DNA of 64,000 nt. It comes from Candidatus Oxydemutatoraceae bacterium (GTDB lineage: Bacteria > Pseudomonadota > Gammaproteobacteria > Poriferisulfidales > Oxydemutatoraceae). Under the pieces are notes generated by a model. The model made no database searches. It was not told the DNA's origin and worked only from the letters and a program-made list of their open reading frames with translations. A program made the translations under genes and the position numbers. Each line of letters starts with the position of its first letter. Within the stretch, counting starts at the first letter, position 1. Shown in pieces: positions 28,590 to 39,599 of the stretch. The stretch covers positions 524,769-588,768 of the forward strand of contig OZ244779.1 in assembly GCA_965219575.1 (NCBI GenBank), written 5' to 3'.

Positions 28590-29335
28590 TGTGTAGGGGC
28601 GAACCATTCCCCTCTCCGTAGGGGTGACAGGCGCAGCCTGACGGGGTGGTCGCCGCGTAGGGATTGTTGAAAAAATATCGTTCTGCACGACACCAACCGC
28701 TATGTGCTGTGAATTTATAATAACCACCAAGCCGTAGGGGCAGTATAAAGCCGTCGATTGAGCCGGTAGGTCAATCGGCAACTCTGATGTCCGCCCTAAA
28801 GTACCGTTCCAGAATAGCCGCAACCGCTTGCGCCATAAATTTATAATAATCACCAAGCCGTAGGGGCAGTATAAAGCCGCCGATTGAGCCGGTAGGTCAA
28901 TCGGCAACTCTGATGTCCGCCCTTAGGGTGACAGGCGCAGCCTGACGGGGTGGTCGCTAAGGGGGGCTGTTGAAAGAGTACTGTGTTTGCAAAATTGCAA
29001 CCGCTTTGCGCCACGAATTTATAATAACTACCAAGCCGTAGGGGCAGTATAAAGCCGCCGATTGAGCCGGTAGGTCAATCGGCAACTCTGATGTCCGCCC
29101 TAAAGTACCGTTCCAGAATAGCCGCAACCGCTTGCGCCATAAATTTATAATAACCACCAAGCCGTAGGGGCGGACTAACATGTCCGCCCGTAAATGCATT
29201 GCGTCTGTACGATTTATACATTTATTCATCCAATTTATGGAAACCAAAACCAAATTGCGCAAGTGATTGGATTCTTGCGATACCTACACTTTTTCAACAG
29301 CCCCGCGTATCTGCACTAGTTAATTCCCCTCCTCG
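28590..29335. repeat. Large composite REP/MITE-like cluster with a tandem ~124-bp sub-unit
   Basis: Repeated GTAGGGGCAG..GCCGATTGAGCCGGTAGGTCAATCGGC..GTCCGCCCT units; TGTTGAAAA and TTTTTCAACAG ends. Confidence 0.9.
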
Positions 29336-29390
29336 TCAATTAACATCGCTCACCATCCGTACGACACCTAAATAATGTATAATCGCTCTT

Positions 29391-29930
29391 ATGGCTAAGC
29401 TAACGATAATCACTTACCCCGACCCGCGCCTTCGCAAAAAGGGCGCGCCCGTCGAGGTATTCGACGAAGAGATCATACGCATCAAAAACGATATGCTGGA
29501 AACGATGTATGATGCCGAAGGTGTCGGTTTGTCGGCAACACAAGTTGATATTCAAAAATCTATACTGGTTGCGGATACCTCGCAAAATCAAGACCAACCC
29601 ATCTGCTTGGTCAATCCCAAAATTACCGAAACAAACGGACAAGAAATAATGAACGAAGGCTGTCTCTCGGTGCCCGGCATCTTCGCCGATGTGCAGCGCG
29701 CCGAACACATTGTCGTCGAAGCACAAGACGAGTTCGGAAAACCGATACGAATTGAAACCGAGGGCTTGCTTTCCGTCTGCATACAACACGAAATGGATCA
29801 CCTGCAAGGCAAACTCTTCGTCGATTACCTCTCTGCCGAAAAACGCAGACTGGTTCTGGAAAAAGTCAAAGAAATCAAACGCACCGGTGAAATACCCAAA
29901 CGAGATAAAGTTCCTTATGCGCTTGGTTGA
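29391..29930 (+). CDS. def: Peptide deformylase
   Basis: GVGLSATQ, EGCLS and QHEMDH motifs. Confidence 0.97.
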   Translation: MAKLTIITYPDPRLRKKGAPVEVFDEEIIRIKNDMLETMYDAEGVGLSATQVDIQKSILVADTSQNQDQPICLVNPKITETNGQEIMNEGCLSVPGIFADVQRAEHIVVEAQDEFGKPIRIETEGLLSVCIQHEMDHLQGKLFVDYLSAEKRRLVLEKVKEIKRTGEIPKRDKVPYALG

Positions 29931-29962
29931 CGCAGAAGTGTTGCATCAAGCAAGCGTACCCC

Positions 29963-30895
29963 ATGAGAATTATCTTTGCCGGAACACCCGAGTTTATACT
30001 GCCGGTATTACACGCCGTCGTATCGTCTAAACACAACATCGCCGCAATTCTCACCCGACCGGATCGACCCGCCGGCAGAGGCTTGAAACAAAGCCAAAGC
30101 CCCGTCAAACAAGAAGCCCTAGCACACGGCTTGCCGGTAATACAACCCGAAGCCTACACATCGCAAACCATAAATAACATCACCGCCCTGCAAGCAGACC
30201 TGATGATCACGATGAGCTACGGCATGCTATTACCCGATGAAATTCTCGCAAGCCTACCCGTAGGCTGTGTCAACATTCATACCTCGCTACTACCGCGTTG
30301 GCGCGGTGCCGCACCCATCGCCCGTGCTATTGAAGCCGGGGATACCGAAACCGGAATCAGCCTGATGCGCACAATCCCCGAACTCGATGCAGGCCCCGTT
30401 ATCAACCAATACCGATGTTCAATTAGCGAGGACGATACGACCCACAGCTTGGAGAAAAAACTCGCCGCATTAAGTGTCGAGAAAATTGCCGACTTGCTAC
30501 GCCATGACGACGACGAGATACACACACATATAAAACAAGCCCGCAAGCAACCCGAAACAGGCATCACCTACGCTCCCAAACTTAAAAAACAAGAAGCATG
30601 GATAGATTGGAACAACTCGGCGCAACATATCGCACGCAAAATCCGCGCCTATAATCCATGGCCTATTGCACAAACCTATTTAGGCAAACGCATATTGAGG
30701 ATATGGTCGGCACGCAGCTGCGACAACGATATGGAAACCGCACGGCTCAAAACTACCAAGCGAAAAGTCTACGCAGGATGCGGCAAAGGTGTTTTGGAAC
30801 TTTTAGAAGTGCAATTAGCCGGCGGCAAACCCATGCCCGCTGCCGCCCTCGCAAACGGATATGACATTAATAACGCCTCGCTGGGCATGATTTGA
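29963..30895 (+). CDS. fmt: Methionyl-tRNA formyltransferase
   Basis: FAGTPEF, PDRPAGRG, NIHTSLLPRWRGAAPI; follows def. Confidence 0.96.
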   Translation: MRIIFAGTPEFILPVLHAVVSSKHNIAAILTRPDRPAGRGLKQSQSPVKQEALAHGLPVIQPEAYTSQTINNITALQADLMITMSYGMLLPDEILASLPVGCVNIHTSLLPRWRGAAPIARAIEAGDTETGISLMRTIPELDAGPVINQYRCSISEDDTTHSLEKKLAALSVEKIADLLRHDDDEIHTHIKQARKQPETGITYAPKLKKQEAWIDWNNSAQHIARKIRAYNPWPIAQTYLGKRILRIWSARSCDNDMETARLKTTKRKVYAGCGKGVLELLEVQLAGGKPMPAAALANGYDINNASLGMI

Positions 30896-31220
30896 GCCAC
30901 TGCCCTCCTCGTAAGGGTGGTCGTGTCGTGGGACTGTTGAAAAAGTATCCACATCGCACAAATCTAACCGCTGTGCGCCACATAATTATCCCAACCACCT
31001 GTAGGGGCGGACTGGCATGTCCGCCCGTAACGCGTTGTCCCTGCACGATTTATACATTTATTTATTCAATTTATGGAAACCAAAACCAAATGGTGCAAGC
31101 GGTTACAGTTTTGCAGAACAGTGTTTTTTCAACAGCCTCTAAGGGTCTGCAAAAAGTGCAGTGCCGGTACATTCCCCCCTGCGAAAGGGTGGCAGGCGAA
31201 GCTCACCCGCCCTCCCGTAA
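30895..31220. repeat. Composite REP/MITE-like repeat
   Basis: CTGTTGAAAAA..TTTTTCAACAG enclosing GTAGGGGCGGAC..GTCCGCCCGTA. Confidence 0.85.
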
Positions 31221-31284
31221 AAATATAATGTACAACTGTTTATTCAGCTATAATCTCTTATTTCTGTTTGCCATTAAATAATTC

Positions 31285-32388
31285 ATGATGAAAAAAATAC
31301 TTTTGTTCTCTTTGCTGGTTTGTACCTGCGCAGAAGTCTTTGCTCAAAATCAAGATTCTTTCGCCTGTACCTATGGCCCTAAACCCTACTGGTTTGATGA
31401 CTATTGCTCAGATGAAAACAGAGCCGGGAACAATTGTCTAAATCGACTTACCGGTATTCATAAAATCCTTGATTGGAATAAAGAGAACTTCCGTATCTAT
31501 GGTGAAACTACTACTACCATGTTTTCTCTTGAAACTAGTGGTGGTATATATGGACACCCGGCATTTCAAAGAAGTATATTAAACCCCCTTGTCGCCGGTG
31601 AGGTTTTTCAATATCTAGGAATAAGTAGAAGAGATGTATATGACAACCTCTTCCCCGGGGCTGTGGCTACTGTGGCGAATACTTTCAATTTTATGAATCG
31701 TTTTCCAGAAACTCCGTTTGACTTTGAAAATGTTCAAGCTGTTGTTGTCACCGGTACGGGAAACAGAGATCGAAATTCTCCTAGTAAAACACTTAGAGGT
31801 CTTGTAAGTGAAAATCATGACTATAGAAATCTACCTTTTCCTTTAGCGGCTGGTGGGTATGATTATAGTGGATGGCTTCGTGCCTGCAAATACCCCGACC
31901 CGGATAATGTATTCCCCTCTGATTTGTGTAGAATATATAGAGCAAGTCGGTATTCTTGCCCGGGTGCTAGTGCAGTACGAAGTATACAAGGAGCCAGTGT
32001 CTGCGGGACACAAGCAAAAAATCTATGCTTACTCGGACCATACCAAGTTCCAAATGTACCAGGTGCAGGAACATCACTTGCAACTGCATACATGGGTGGT
32101 GTCATTTGGGCAGTTTCATACTTCATAAGAAACTACCCCGAGTATGAGTGGCAAGAACCCATGACGGATCTACAGGCTGCAGTCACTGCTGTGGCAATAG
32201 TTAAAAGCTGTGCAGTGGACATGGGACCCGCCGGTCCTGACTTTGAGCATGGTTTAGGAAGACTATCTGTTGAGTGCTTAAATAAATATAACGAAGAAGG
32301 AGAACATATAGGTTTCATCGAAAATCCATTAAGTGTGATAAAGGATGAACTATATCTTGTTCCAAATGCAGACTATGTCAGACCTTGA
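31285..32388 (+). CDS. Secreted divergent subtilase (S8)-like protein
   Basis: Signal peptide; VVVTGTGN, GTSLAT and AVDMG..GPD..HGLGRL motifs; canonical Asp/His motifs not evident. Confidence 0.55.
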   Translation: MMKKILLFSLLVCTCAEVFAQNQDSFACTYGPKPYWFDDYCSDENRAGNNCLNRLTGIHKILDWNKENFRIYGETTTTMFSLETSGGIYGHPAFQRSILNPLVAGEVFQYLGISRRDVYDNLFPGAVATVANTFNFMNRFPETPFDFENVQAVVVTGTGNRDRNSPSKTLRGLVSENHDYRNLPFPLAAGGYDYSGWLRACKYPDPDNVFPSDLCRIYRASRYSCPGASAVRSIQGASVCGTQAKNLCLLGPYQVPNVPGAGTSLATAYMGGVIWAVSYFIRNYPEYEWQEPMTDLQAAVTAVAIVKSCAVDMGPAGPDFEHGLGRLSVECLNKYNEEGEHIGFIENPLSVIKDELYLVPNADYVRP

Positions 32389-32455
32389 TTAGGATGCACT
32401 TTAATACAAGTACGGGTAAGAGTATTGTTTGAGGGACTAACCAACTAAACCAGCC

Positions 32456-32590
32456 TATTCCCCTCCTTCGGAGGGGGCAGGCGTAGCCTGACGGGGTGGT
32501 CGTCAAGGCTTTGCACTAGCTAATTCCCCTCCTTCGGAGGGGTGGTTAACAAACCCACCACACCAACATAATTTATACATTCATCCATTG
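32456..32590. repeat. REP-like repeats
   Basis: Two ATTCCCCTCCTTCGGAGGGG hairpins plus GGCAGGCGTAGCCTGACGGGGTGGT. Confidence 0.8.
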
Positions 32591-32655
32591 AATTCATAGT
32601 AGAATTTGATGTTTATAAAACCACAACAGCCCCAAACGACACCAATAAATTAAAC

Positions 32656-33654
32656 ATGAATCCTCCACTCGACAAAATAAAAAAAATCCTAATCGTGCGA
32701 ACCGAAATTAGGATAGGCGATGCCATTTTAACCCTACCTCTAGCAGGGATATTAAAAGCCAATCTGCCGAATGTCAAAATCGCATTTCTAGGGTCTACCG
32801 AATACGCCAAAGCCATTATCGAAAAAAGCACCTTTATAGACGAGTTTTATAACTGGAACAAATTTAAGGACTTGAGCAAAGCCGATGCGGACGCGATATT
32901 ACTGCTCTCCCCGAGATTGGAGATAGCAAAAGCTGCGTGGAAAGCAAAAATCCCCGTTCGCGTCGGTGCTGCAAGGAAATGGTTTCATTGGTTATATGCA
33001 AATCGCAGAACCTTCCTAAAAAAACGTGCCGTCAACCTACACGAAACGCAATTGGTTACCTCTTTTTTGCCGGCATTAGGAATCGAAGAACCCACCGACA
33101 TAGATGGACTATATCGCTATTACGGATGGCACAAAGAACAAAACCGCCCCGTCCCCGATGTTATCTCCGACACCAAACACAACATCATCTTGCATCCCAA
33201 ATCAAAAGGCTCGGCACCGGAATGGCCTCTGGAACACTACCATCGGCTCGCCGATATACTGAATCCACAACACTTCAATGTGATATTAAGCGGCACGCAA
33301 GTCGAAAAAGAATATATGCAGAAAACCTGCCCCCAGCTGTTTGAACTCCCCCATGTCACCGACTTTACCGGGCAACACAATTTAGCCGACTACATCAACA
33401 TCGTCGAACAATCGGACTGCCTCGTGGCAAACAGTACCGGCCCGCTACACCTCGCCGCCGCCGCCGGCATCAACACCATAGGCCTATACGCACCCGTCCG
33501 CCCTCAACACCCCGGGCGCTGGAAACCCATAGGCAAACGCGTAACAGTACTTTGCAAAGGACAACCCACCGACGACAAAAACGACCTGAACAAAATTGCC
33601 GAGATCACACCGGCGGATGTGAAGGCAGCGATTATAGAGAGGTTGGGGGAGTAA
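32656..33654 (+). CDS. Glycosyltransferase family 9 (LPS heptosyltransferase-like)
   Basis: IGDAILTLP, LHP, EWP, NSTGPLHLAAA..G.Y, RWKP. Confidence 0.9.
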   Translation: MNPPLDKIKKILIVRTEIRIGDAILTLPLAGILKANLPNVKIAFLGSTEYAKAIIEKSTFIDEFYNWNKFKDLSKADADAILLLSPRLEIAKAAWKAKIPVRVGAARKWFHWLYANRRTFLKKRAVNLHETQLVTSFLPALGIEEPTDIDGLYRYYGWHKEQNRPVPDVISDTKHNIILHPKSKGSAPEWPLEHYHRLADILNPQHFNVILSGTQVEKEYMQKTCPQLFELPHVTDFTGQHNLADYINIVEQSDCLVANSTGPLHLAAAAGINTIGLYAPVRPQHPGRWKPIGKRVTVLCKGQPTDDKNDLNKIAEITPADVKAAIIERLGE

Positions 33655-33738
33655 TCCTTAAAGCGAAAACATTGTAATATCTGCTGAGCCAGCCAAGTAT
33701 AATGGCAAACAATTATCTGATGCTTAACAATCTTAAAC

Positions 33739-34446
33739 TTAATCTTTTTCTTTTGCCTTTCTTATTTTTTCTAGTTCAAGTTCTGCTTCTATTTTTCTTG
33801 CTTCAGCTTTGCTTGCTTCAGCCTTAAAGATTTCCCCAACAGTTTTCCGGAGTTCATTTAGCTGATATTCAAATTCACTTATACACGGTTTTTGATTATA
33901 TATTGTGTCTCTAGACTTTGATACTTGTTCTGCTGCGGCGATATCAAAAGACTGATATGACTGCATCTCAATTTTAAGCAAAGGTTTGAGTAATAATTCA
34001 TTAACTGTATCATCACACTCTTTATCTCCAGGCTTTGTATTTACCCAGTCATTCATCGCTCCTTGACATAGTGCGAAAACACCATCCCTATAAAACTTCA
34101 CGGCAGGATGAACGCTAAAAGGAATGCTTGTAGCAAATTTAAGGCTGTCCTCCATTTCCGTCGTTTGCTCTCTCGCAGTTAAATTATATTTACGCAATGT
34201 TTCAAGTGCCGACGCTCCTTCTGGAAAAGGTTCTGCGCAAATAGAAGGTAGTTCTTTACCTACCTTAATTGTCGTTAAAATCAACCGGCGATCAGCTTGA
34301 GTTGCTGTACCTCTATATATTCCCTCTTTTGGAGACATATCAACAGGTATTATTGGCTGATATTGATTATCGCTGGCACATCCTCCGATTAATATGATTA
34401 TTAATACAGAAAAAAATAGTTGTGTTATTAATCTAGCTTTATTCAT
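33739..34446 (-). CDS. Hypothetical lipoprotein
   Basis: Lipobox IGGC; CAEP.P and RDG.F.LCQ..MN; GAGGAGG RBS. Confidence 0.75.
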   Translation of the reverse strand: MNKARLITQLFFSVLIIILIGGCASDNQYQPIIPVDMSPKEGIYRGTATQADRRLILTTIKVGKELPSICAEPFPEGASALETLRKYNLTAREQTTEMEDSLKFATSIPFSVHPAVKFYRDGVFALCQGAMNDWVNTKPGDKECDDTVNELLLKPLLKIEMQSYQSFDIAAAEQVSKSRDTIYNQKPCISEFEYQLNELRKTVGEIFKAEASKAEARKIEAELELEKIRKAKEKD

Positions 34447-34592
34447 TTTTCCTCCTCGTTATGTATTATTTGTTCAAACCACCAAAAATCGATAGATTTT
34501 TACACTATTAAGCATACGCTATAAGCGTTTTGTAACAATACCCAAAAACCAATTTTTGCCAATGGTAACGACAAGCGGTAAAATGGTCAAGC

Positions 34593-35456
34593 ATGAATCC
34601 CACTCTCAGTAAATATACTTTCGGTCGCCACGGTTCTTTCCAGCTACGCTACGGCTGGCTCACCAAAGGATTCAGGGCGTTTAGGCAAAATCCTGATATT
34701 TTTTCTTTGAATGATGCAACCGTTACTTTAGGTGTCGGGAAAAATATGGTCGACTCCATTTCTTATTGGTTAAAAGCAACAGATATTATCAATCATAAAA
34801 ACATTACTGATTTCGGTGAAAAATTACTCGGAGAGTTTGACCCCTACTTAGAGGATGATGCAACACTATGGCTATTACATCTAAAACTTTCACAAAATAA
34901 GGAACTATCGACTTCTATTTATTGGCTGTTTAATCATTTTCATAAGACAAATTTCACAACCAACGAAGCGTTTATTGCGTTACAAGAATTCATAGCAACG
35001 AACCCGAATATACAAGCGTCGGAGAATACCGTGAAAATGGATATTAGCGTTATTTTAAGAATGTACGCACCGCATAAATCAAATCAAACTAGAATAGACG
35101 ACATGTTGGAGTCACCGTTATCCTTGCTTAAGCTAATAGAGTACCATGACGGTAGGTATCATTTTCTGCAGCCTAAAAAAAAGCAAATCCCTATAGAAGT
35201 GATCGCCTACGCCATCAGAGAATATTTCCCGGGTAAAAACATCATCCCGGTTAAGGAATTAATGTACGGAAACCAATTAGCACTAAACAAAGTACTGAAA
35301 ATATCGGAGGATGACTTGATTAGTTTCTTAGAGGATTTGATATGCAAATATCCCAAAGACTACCAACTAAGAGAAGATGCCGGCATCTTTCAACTACACA
35401 TTTCAAGTAAGAAAAAAGCATTAGCTTATCTAAAAAAATACTATGGACAAACTTGA
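34593..35456 (+). CDS. DUF4007 protein, SspB-like
   Basis: FGRHGSFQLRYGWLTKG, LGVGKNMV.SI.YWL, DPYLED..TLWLLH. Confidence 0.88.
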   Translation: MNPTLSKYTFGRHGSFQLRYGWLTKGFRAFRQNPDIFSLNDATVTLGVGKNMVDSISYWLKATDIINHKNITDFGEKLLGEFDPYLEDDATLWLLHLKLSQNKELSTSIYWLFNHFHKTNFTTNEAFIALQEFIATNPNIQASENTVKMDISVILRMYAPHKSNQTRIDDMLESPLSLLKLIEYHDGRYHFLQPKKKQIPIEVIAYAIREYFPGKNIIPVKELMYGNQLALNKVLKISEDDLISFLEDLICKYPKDYQLREDAGIFQLHISSKKKALAYLKKYYGQT

Positions 35457-38400
35457 TCAATTTATAAGTATCAAATCGGAATTATCCCGCTCGGTTAATA
35501 TAGAAAGGGATTGTTTGAATGAAGAGACACTCAACCATTATATTCTGACCAATAATGCTACACAGGCGATCCGTAATGTGATGAATGTTTGCCGGAATGG
35601 TGCCAATAGCGACAAAGCCTTTTCAATTATCGGACCATACGGATCAGGGAAATCATCGTTTGCCGTCTATTTATCTCACTTACTCAATAACGATCAAAAA
35701 GCAATTCAAAAAGTACCGTCAACACTAAAAAAATCAGTTGAAACACACCTTAATAATTCACAAGGTTATTGCAATATATTGCTATCCGGCACACCGGCTC
35801 CGCTTAATAGATCCTTTTTAGAGGCACTGAAGATCAGTATTACACCTTACTATGAAAGCCTAAAACTTAAACATCAAAATCACCATAGAACTATCAACCG
35901 GCTATTAAAATCCGATGAAATAAGCACTAAGGTAATTTTGAATCTAATAAAAAAAATACGCATGGAACTTGCACAAGCGGGCAGCAAAGGCTTGTTGATT
36001 ATCATTGACGAATTCGGGAAATTTTTAGAATATACAGCTCGGCACGAAAACGATGACATTTTTTTGCTACAAGTGCTAGCGGAGGAAACACATCAAACCG
36101 GTGATGCAAACATCCTATTATTTGTTTTGCTACACCAATCTTTTGAACAGTATGGGAAAAACCTCAGTAGCAAATTAAAAAACGAATGGATAAAAATACA
36201 AGGCCGTTATCAAACCTTATCGTTTGTTGACACAACAGCAGAATCTCTACCGATTATCGCCCAAGTTTTTAATCAAAAGCTCTCGTCTAAAACCCAAAAA
36301 AAGATTACCAGCGATATTCAAGCTATCACTAAAAAACTAAAAAAATATGAGATTCTCCCTCCCTCTCTCACTGAAAAAACGGCAAATGGGCTATTTGTCA
36401 AATGCTATCCTTTGCATCCGCTAACATTGTTATTACTTCCTATATTGTGTCAGAAGATTTCCCAAAACGAACGCACATTGTTTAACTATCTAGGAAGTGA
36501 TGAACCATTTTCACTAACACAAACCATGCGCAATCTAGCACCGGGAGATTTTATTTACCCTCATCATATTTACGATTACTTTATCAATAGTGAAACACTA
36601 TCTAATACCTTTCACACGAGTAGAACATTATCCGAAGTGTGGATCGCATTAGAGAGGATAGCAAACGCCTCTGCAAAGGAAATCCAACTACTAAAAACAA
36701 TCGCCTTGTTTAATATCGCCAATAGTCACATCATCGCTTCAAAAACCATATTGGAACTGTGCGATAAAAATTACACCAAAAACACTAAACTCTTATTAGA
36801 TAAATCAATCATTACTTATCGTAAATTTAACGGTGAATATAGAGTCTGGCAAGGCAGCGACTTTGACTTGAACCAAGCTATAGAGGAACAACTAACCCAA
36901 TTAACAACCTTCAATATTGCAGAACATCTAAACAAAAACCAAGTGTTCTTACCTTTTGTTGCCAAACGCTATTCCATAGAAAAGCATAGTCTGTTTTATT
37001 TTGAACCTGTTTTTATCTACGCCGATCAATATGCCAACATAAATCCCCAAAACAACAAACCAAGAATAATCTTTTGCTTTAACTTTAATAACGAAGACAA
37101 GAATATATTTCAAAATAAAATTATCAAGCATTTCGGTGAACAAGATATTTGCGTCCTGATTGATAATAGCAAAAACATACGAACCGCTGCCCAATACCGT
37201 ATTGCTTTAGAAAATATAGAAAGGCAGAACGATATCATTCAAAACGACCCTATTATTCATCGTGAATTTATTCAGTACTTTATTGATGCAAAACAAAAAG
37301 AACATACCCAATTTAATAAGATATTAGAAAACCCTGAGAAGTGTCTATGGTATAACAAAGCAAAAAAAATGAAGTGCAACAATAAAAGAGCGGTACAAAC
37401 ATTATTATCGGAAACTTTAGAAAGCGTCTACCCCGATGCACCTACTATAAAAAATGAATTAATCAATCGCGACAATCCATCGGCGCAGGCAAATGCAGGG
37501 CGCAGAAAATTACTACTGCATCTGTTAAATCATCACGACAAAGAAGACTTAGCCATTGAGAAATATCCGGCAGAGAAAGGCATGTATGTTGCAATCATTA
37601 AAGAAAACGAGATACACAAAAAGATAAATGGCAAATGGCAAATCCGTCGTCCGGCAAATGGAAAATGTAGAGGGGTCTGGAACGAAATAGATAGATTCTT
37701 CGAACAAACAAAGGAACAACCAAAGTGTTTATTAGAATTAGATGAAATCTTGACCGCACCGCCATTCGGTATAAAAAAACCAGTCTTGCCTATTTTTTAT
37801 ATAGCAAATTATCTGTATAACAAAAATGAAATAGCAATTTATGAAGATAGAATTTATGTTCCCTTTTTTACCGAGCAACATTTAGAGAGATTACTGAAGC
37901 GCCCGGATACTTTTACTTTTCAGCAGTTTAAGATTAAAGGACTAAATCAAGAATTGATGCAAGAGTACGAAACACATTTACTAAATGGTTCCGCCCCTAA
38001 CGCACAAGCTATATTTCGAGCCATTGCTCTATTTATCCAAGAACTTCCGCCATATACACGACAAACACAAGAAATATCAGATATAGCAAAAAAAATTATA
38101 GTTGCATTTAAGAATAATAAAAGCCCACAAGACCTGCTGTTCAAGAAGTTGCCGTCAGCTTGTGGCTTCACCGGCAAAAAAACACAAGGCTTTGGAGCTA
38201 AATTAAGAATAGCATTGCAGGAGATAAAAGATGCCTATCCTAAAATGCTTGACAAGCAAATTAATTTAATGGCGCAAAAACTAATGATAAATACACAAGA
38301 CAAAGAACAAATTAAAAACGAACTTGTTAAGCATGGCAACACACTAAAAAACTATGATTTAGATAAAGAAACAAAAAGATTTATCCGAGAAATTGCAACT

Positions 38401-38733
38401 GATCATAGCGATACTAATAATTATTTTGAGAGAATCTTAACCCATATCGCTTATACGCAACCGACGAAGTGGAATGATGACACTATTGCCACCGTCCAAC
38501 AAAAGATACTGGAGCATAGTAAATTATTACTAAACTTATATAGGATAGAGCAATACCACCGTAAGGGTAAACTTAACCACGATGAGGAGAAAATTAAAAA
38601 CCTAATGAAAGAGAATCTAAATAATGTGTCAGCCGAGCAACAATATCGTATTGTCGTTGATTTACTGCAGGATTTAGCCAACAATACAACTCTGAATAAG
38701 AACCAAACTAATCACCAAAAGAAAAAAAACTAG
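35443..38733 (+). CDS. Large ATP-binding protein, SspC-like
   Basis: RSVNIERD, GPYGSGKS, IIDEFGKFLE, EW.KIQGR, YPLHP, QNERTLF. Confidence 0.85.
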   Translation: MDKLDQFISIKSELSRSVNIERDCLNEETLNHYILTNNATQAIRNVMNVCRNGANSDKAFSIIGPYGSGKSSFAVYLSHLLNNDQKAIQKVPSTLKKSVETHLNNSQGYCNILLSGTPAPLNRSFLEALKISITPYYESLKLKHQNHHRTINRLLKSDEISTKVILNLIKKIRMELAQAGSKGLLIIIDEFGKFLEYTARHENDDIFLLQVLAEETHQTGDANILLFVLLHQSFEQYGKNLSSKLKNEWIKIQGRYQTLSFVDTTAESLPIIAQVFNQKLSSKTQKKITSDIQAITKKLKKYEILPPSLTEKTANGLFVKCYPLHPLTLLLLPILCQKISQNERTLFNYLGSDEPFSLTQTMRNLAPGDFIYPHHIYDYFINSETLSNTFHTSRTLSEVWIALERIANASAKEIQLLKTIALFNIANSHIIASKTILELCDKNYTKNTKLLLDKSIITYRKFNGEYRVWQGSDFDLNQAIEEQLTQLTTFNIAEHLNKNQVFLPFVAKRYSIEKHSLFYFEPVFIYADQYANINPQNNKPRIIFCFNFNNEDKNIFQNKIIKHFGEQDICVLIDNSKNIRTAAQYRIALENIERQNDIIQNDPIIHREFIQYFIDAKQKEHTQFNKILENPEKCLWYNKAKKMKCNNKRAVQTLLSETLESVYPDAPTIKNELINRDNPSAQANAGRRKLLLHLLNHHDKEDLAIEKYPAEKGMYVAIIKENEIHKKINGKWQIRRPANGKCRGVWNEIDRFFEQTKEQPKCLLELDEILTAPPFGIKKPVLPIFYIANYLYNKNEIAIYEDRIYVPFFTEQHLERLLKRPDTFTFQQFKIKGLNQELMQEYETHLLNGSAPNAQAIFRAIALFIQELPPYTRQTQEISDIAKKIIVAFKNNKSPQDLLFKKLPSACGFTGKKTQGFGAKLRIALQEIKDAYPKMLDKQINLMAQKLMINTQDKEQIKNELVKHGNTLKNYDLDKETKRFIREIATDHSDTNNYFERILTHIAYTQPTKWNDDTIATVQQKILEHSKLLLNLYRIEQYHRKGKLNHDEEKIKNLMKENLNNVSAEQQYRIVVDLLQDLANNTTLNKNQTNHQKKKN

Positions 38734-38777
38734 ATATGTGTTACAATCTTTTGAAAAATTAGCACTGGTAAAATGTT

Positions 38778-39584
38778 ATGACTGAACAAACTAGACACCT
38801 GCTAGGACTCTCGGGAGGAAAAGACAGTGCAGCACTAGCGATTTATCTCAAACAACAAGATAAGGTGCCGGATATAGAATATTTCTTTTGCGACACCGGT
38901 ATGGAACTGCCTGAGGTCTATACCTTTTTGGATAAATTAGAAACCTATCTCGGCAAACCAATTAAAAGATTAGGCGGCGATAGAGATTTCCTACACCTTC
39001 TCAAAATGCACGATAATATGCTCCCTCAAGCAACAAGAAGATGGTGCACCAAAGATATGAAAATCAAACCATTAGAAGAATTTATCGGTAATGATGAAGC
39101 AATCACTTATGTCGGTATTCGGGCAGATGAATTTAGAGACGGCTATTTAAGCCTTAAAAGCAACATAAAGGCAGCGTATCCGTTTATTGAAGATGGCTTG
39201 GTCAGAAAAGATATTTTTAATATACTGGAGGAAACGGTTGGTATCCCCGAATATTACGAGTGGCGTTCCCGTTCCGGCTGCTTTTTTTGCTTTTTCCAAC
39301 GCTACGAGGAATGGCTGGGACTCCACGAAAGACATCCGGATTTATTCCAAAGAGCCGTAGAAATGGAAAAAGATGTGAACAAAAGATTTGACGGACTCAA
39401 AAATAGATATACATGGATTAGAGGAATTAGCTTGGAAGAATTACTGGAACGGAAGGACGAGATTTTAGCCAATAGCGCAAAACGAAAAGCATGTAGTAAA
39501 AAAGACACTCGTTCATGGCAAGAGATTTTAATAGAAGACGGACAAGACGATGAAAATCAATCTTGTACGATATGTAGTTTATAG
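38778..39584 (+). CDS. PAPS-reductase-family protein, SspD-like
   Basis: SGGKDS PP-loop, RWCT..MKIKP, GIRADE, RSRSGCFFCFFQ, C-terminal CxxC. Confidence 0.88.
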   Translation: MTEQTRHLLGLSGGKDSAALAIYLKQQDKVPDIEYFFCDTGMELPEVYTFLDKLETYLGKPIKRLGGDRDFLHLLKMHDNMLPQATRRWCTKDMKIKPLEEFIGNDEAITYVGIRADEFRDGYLSLKSNIKAAYPFIEDGLVRKDIFNILEETVGIPEYYEWRSRSGCFFCFFQRYEEWLGLHERHPDLFQRAVEMEKDVNKRFDGLKNRYTWIRGISLEELLERKDEILANSAKRKACSKKDTRSWQEILIEDGQDDENQSCTICSL

Positions 39585-39599
39585 AAAGTAGGATGGATT

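Noticed and set aside
28455-29262. ORFs inside repeat clusters (also 2517, 30892, 44740, 47877, 52324, 55559)
   Set aside because: They translate repeat modules (PPLRRRG, EGWQAQPDGVV); there is no evidence that they are genes.
28590-29335. Tandem palindromic repeats as a CRISPR array (also 43477-43630, 44870-45250, 48044-48741)
   Set aside because: The intervening sequences are themselves repeated, unit lengths are irregular, the same modules are dispersed across the window, and no cas genes are present.
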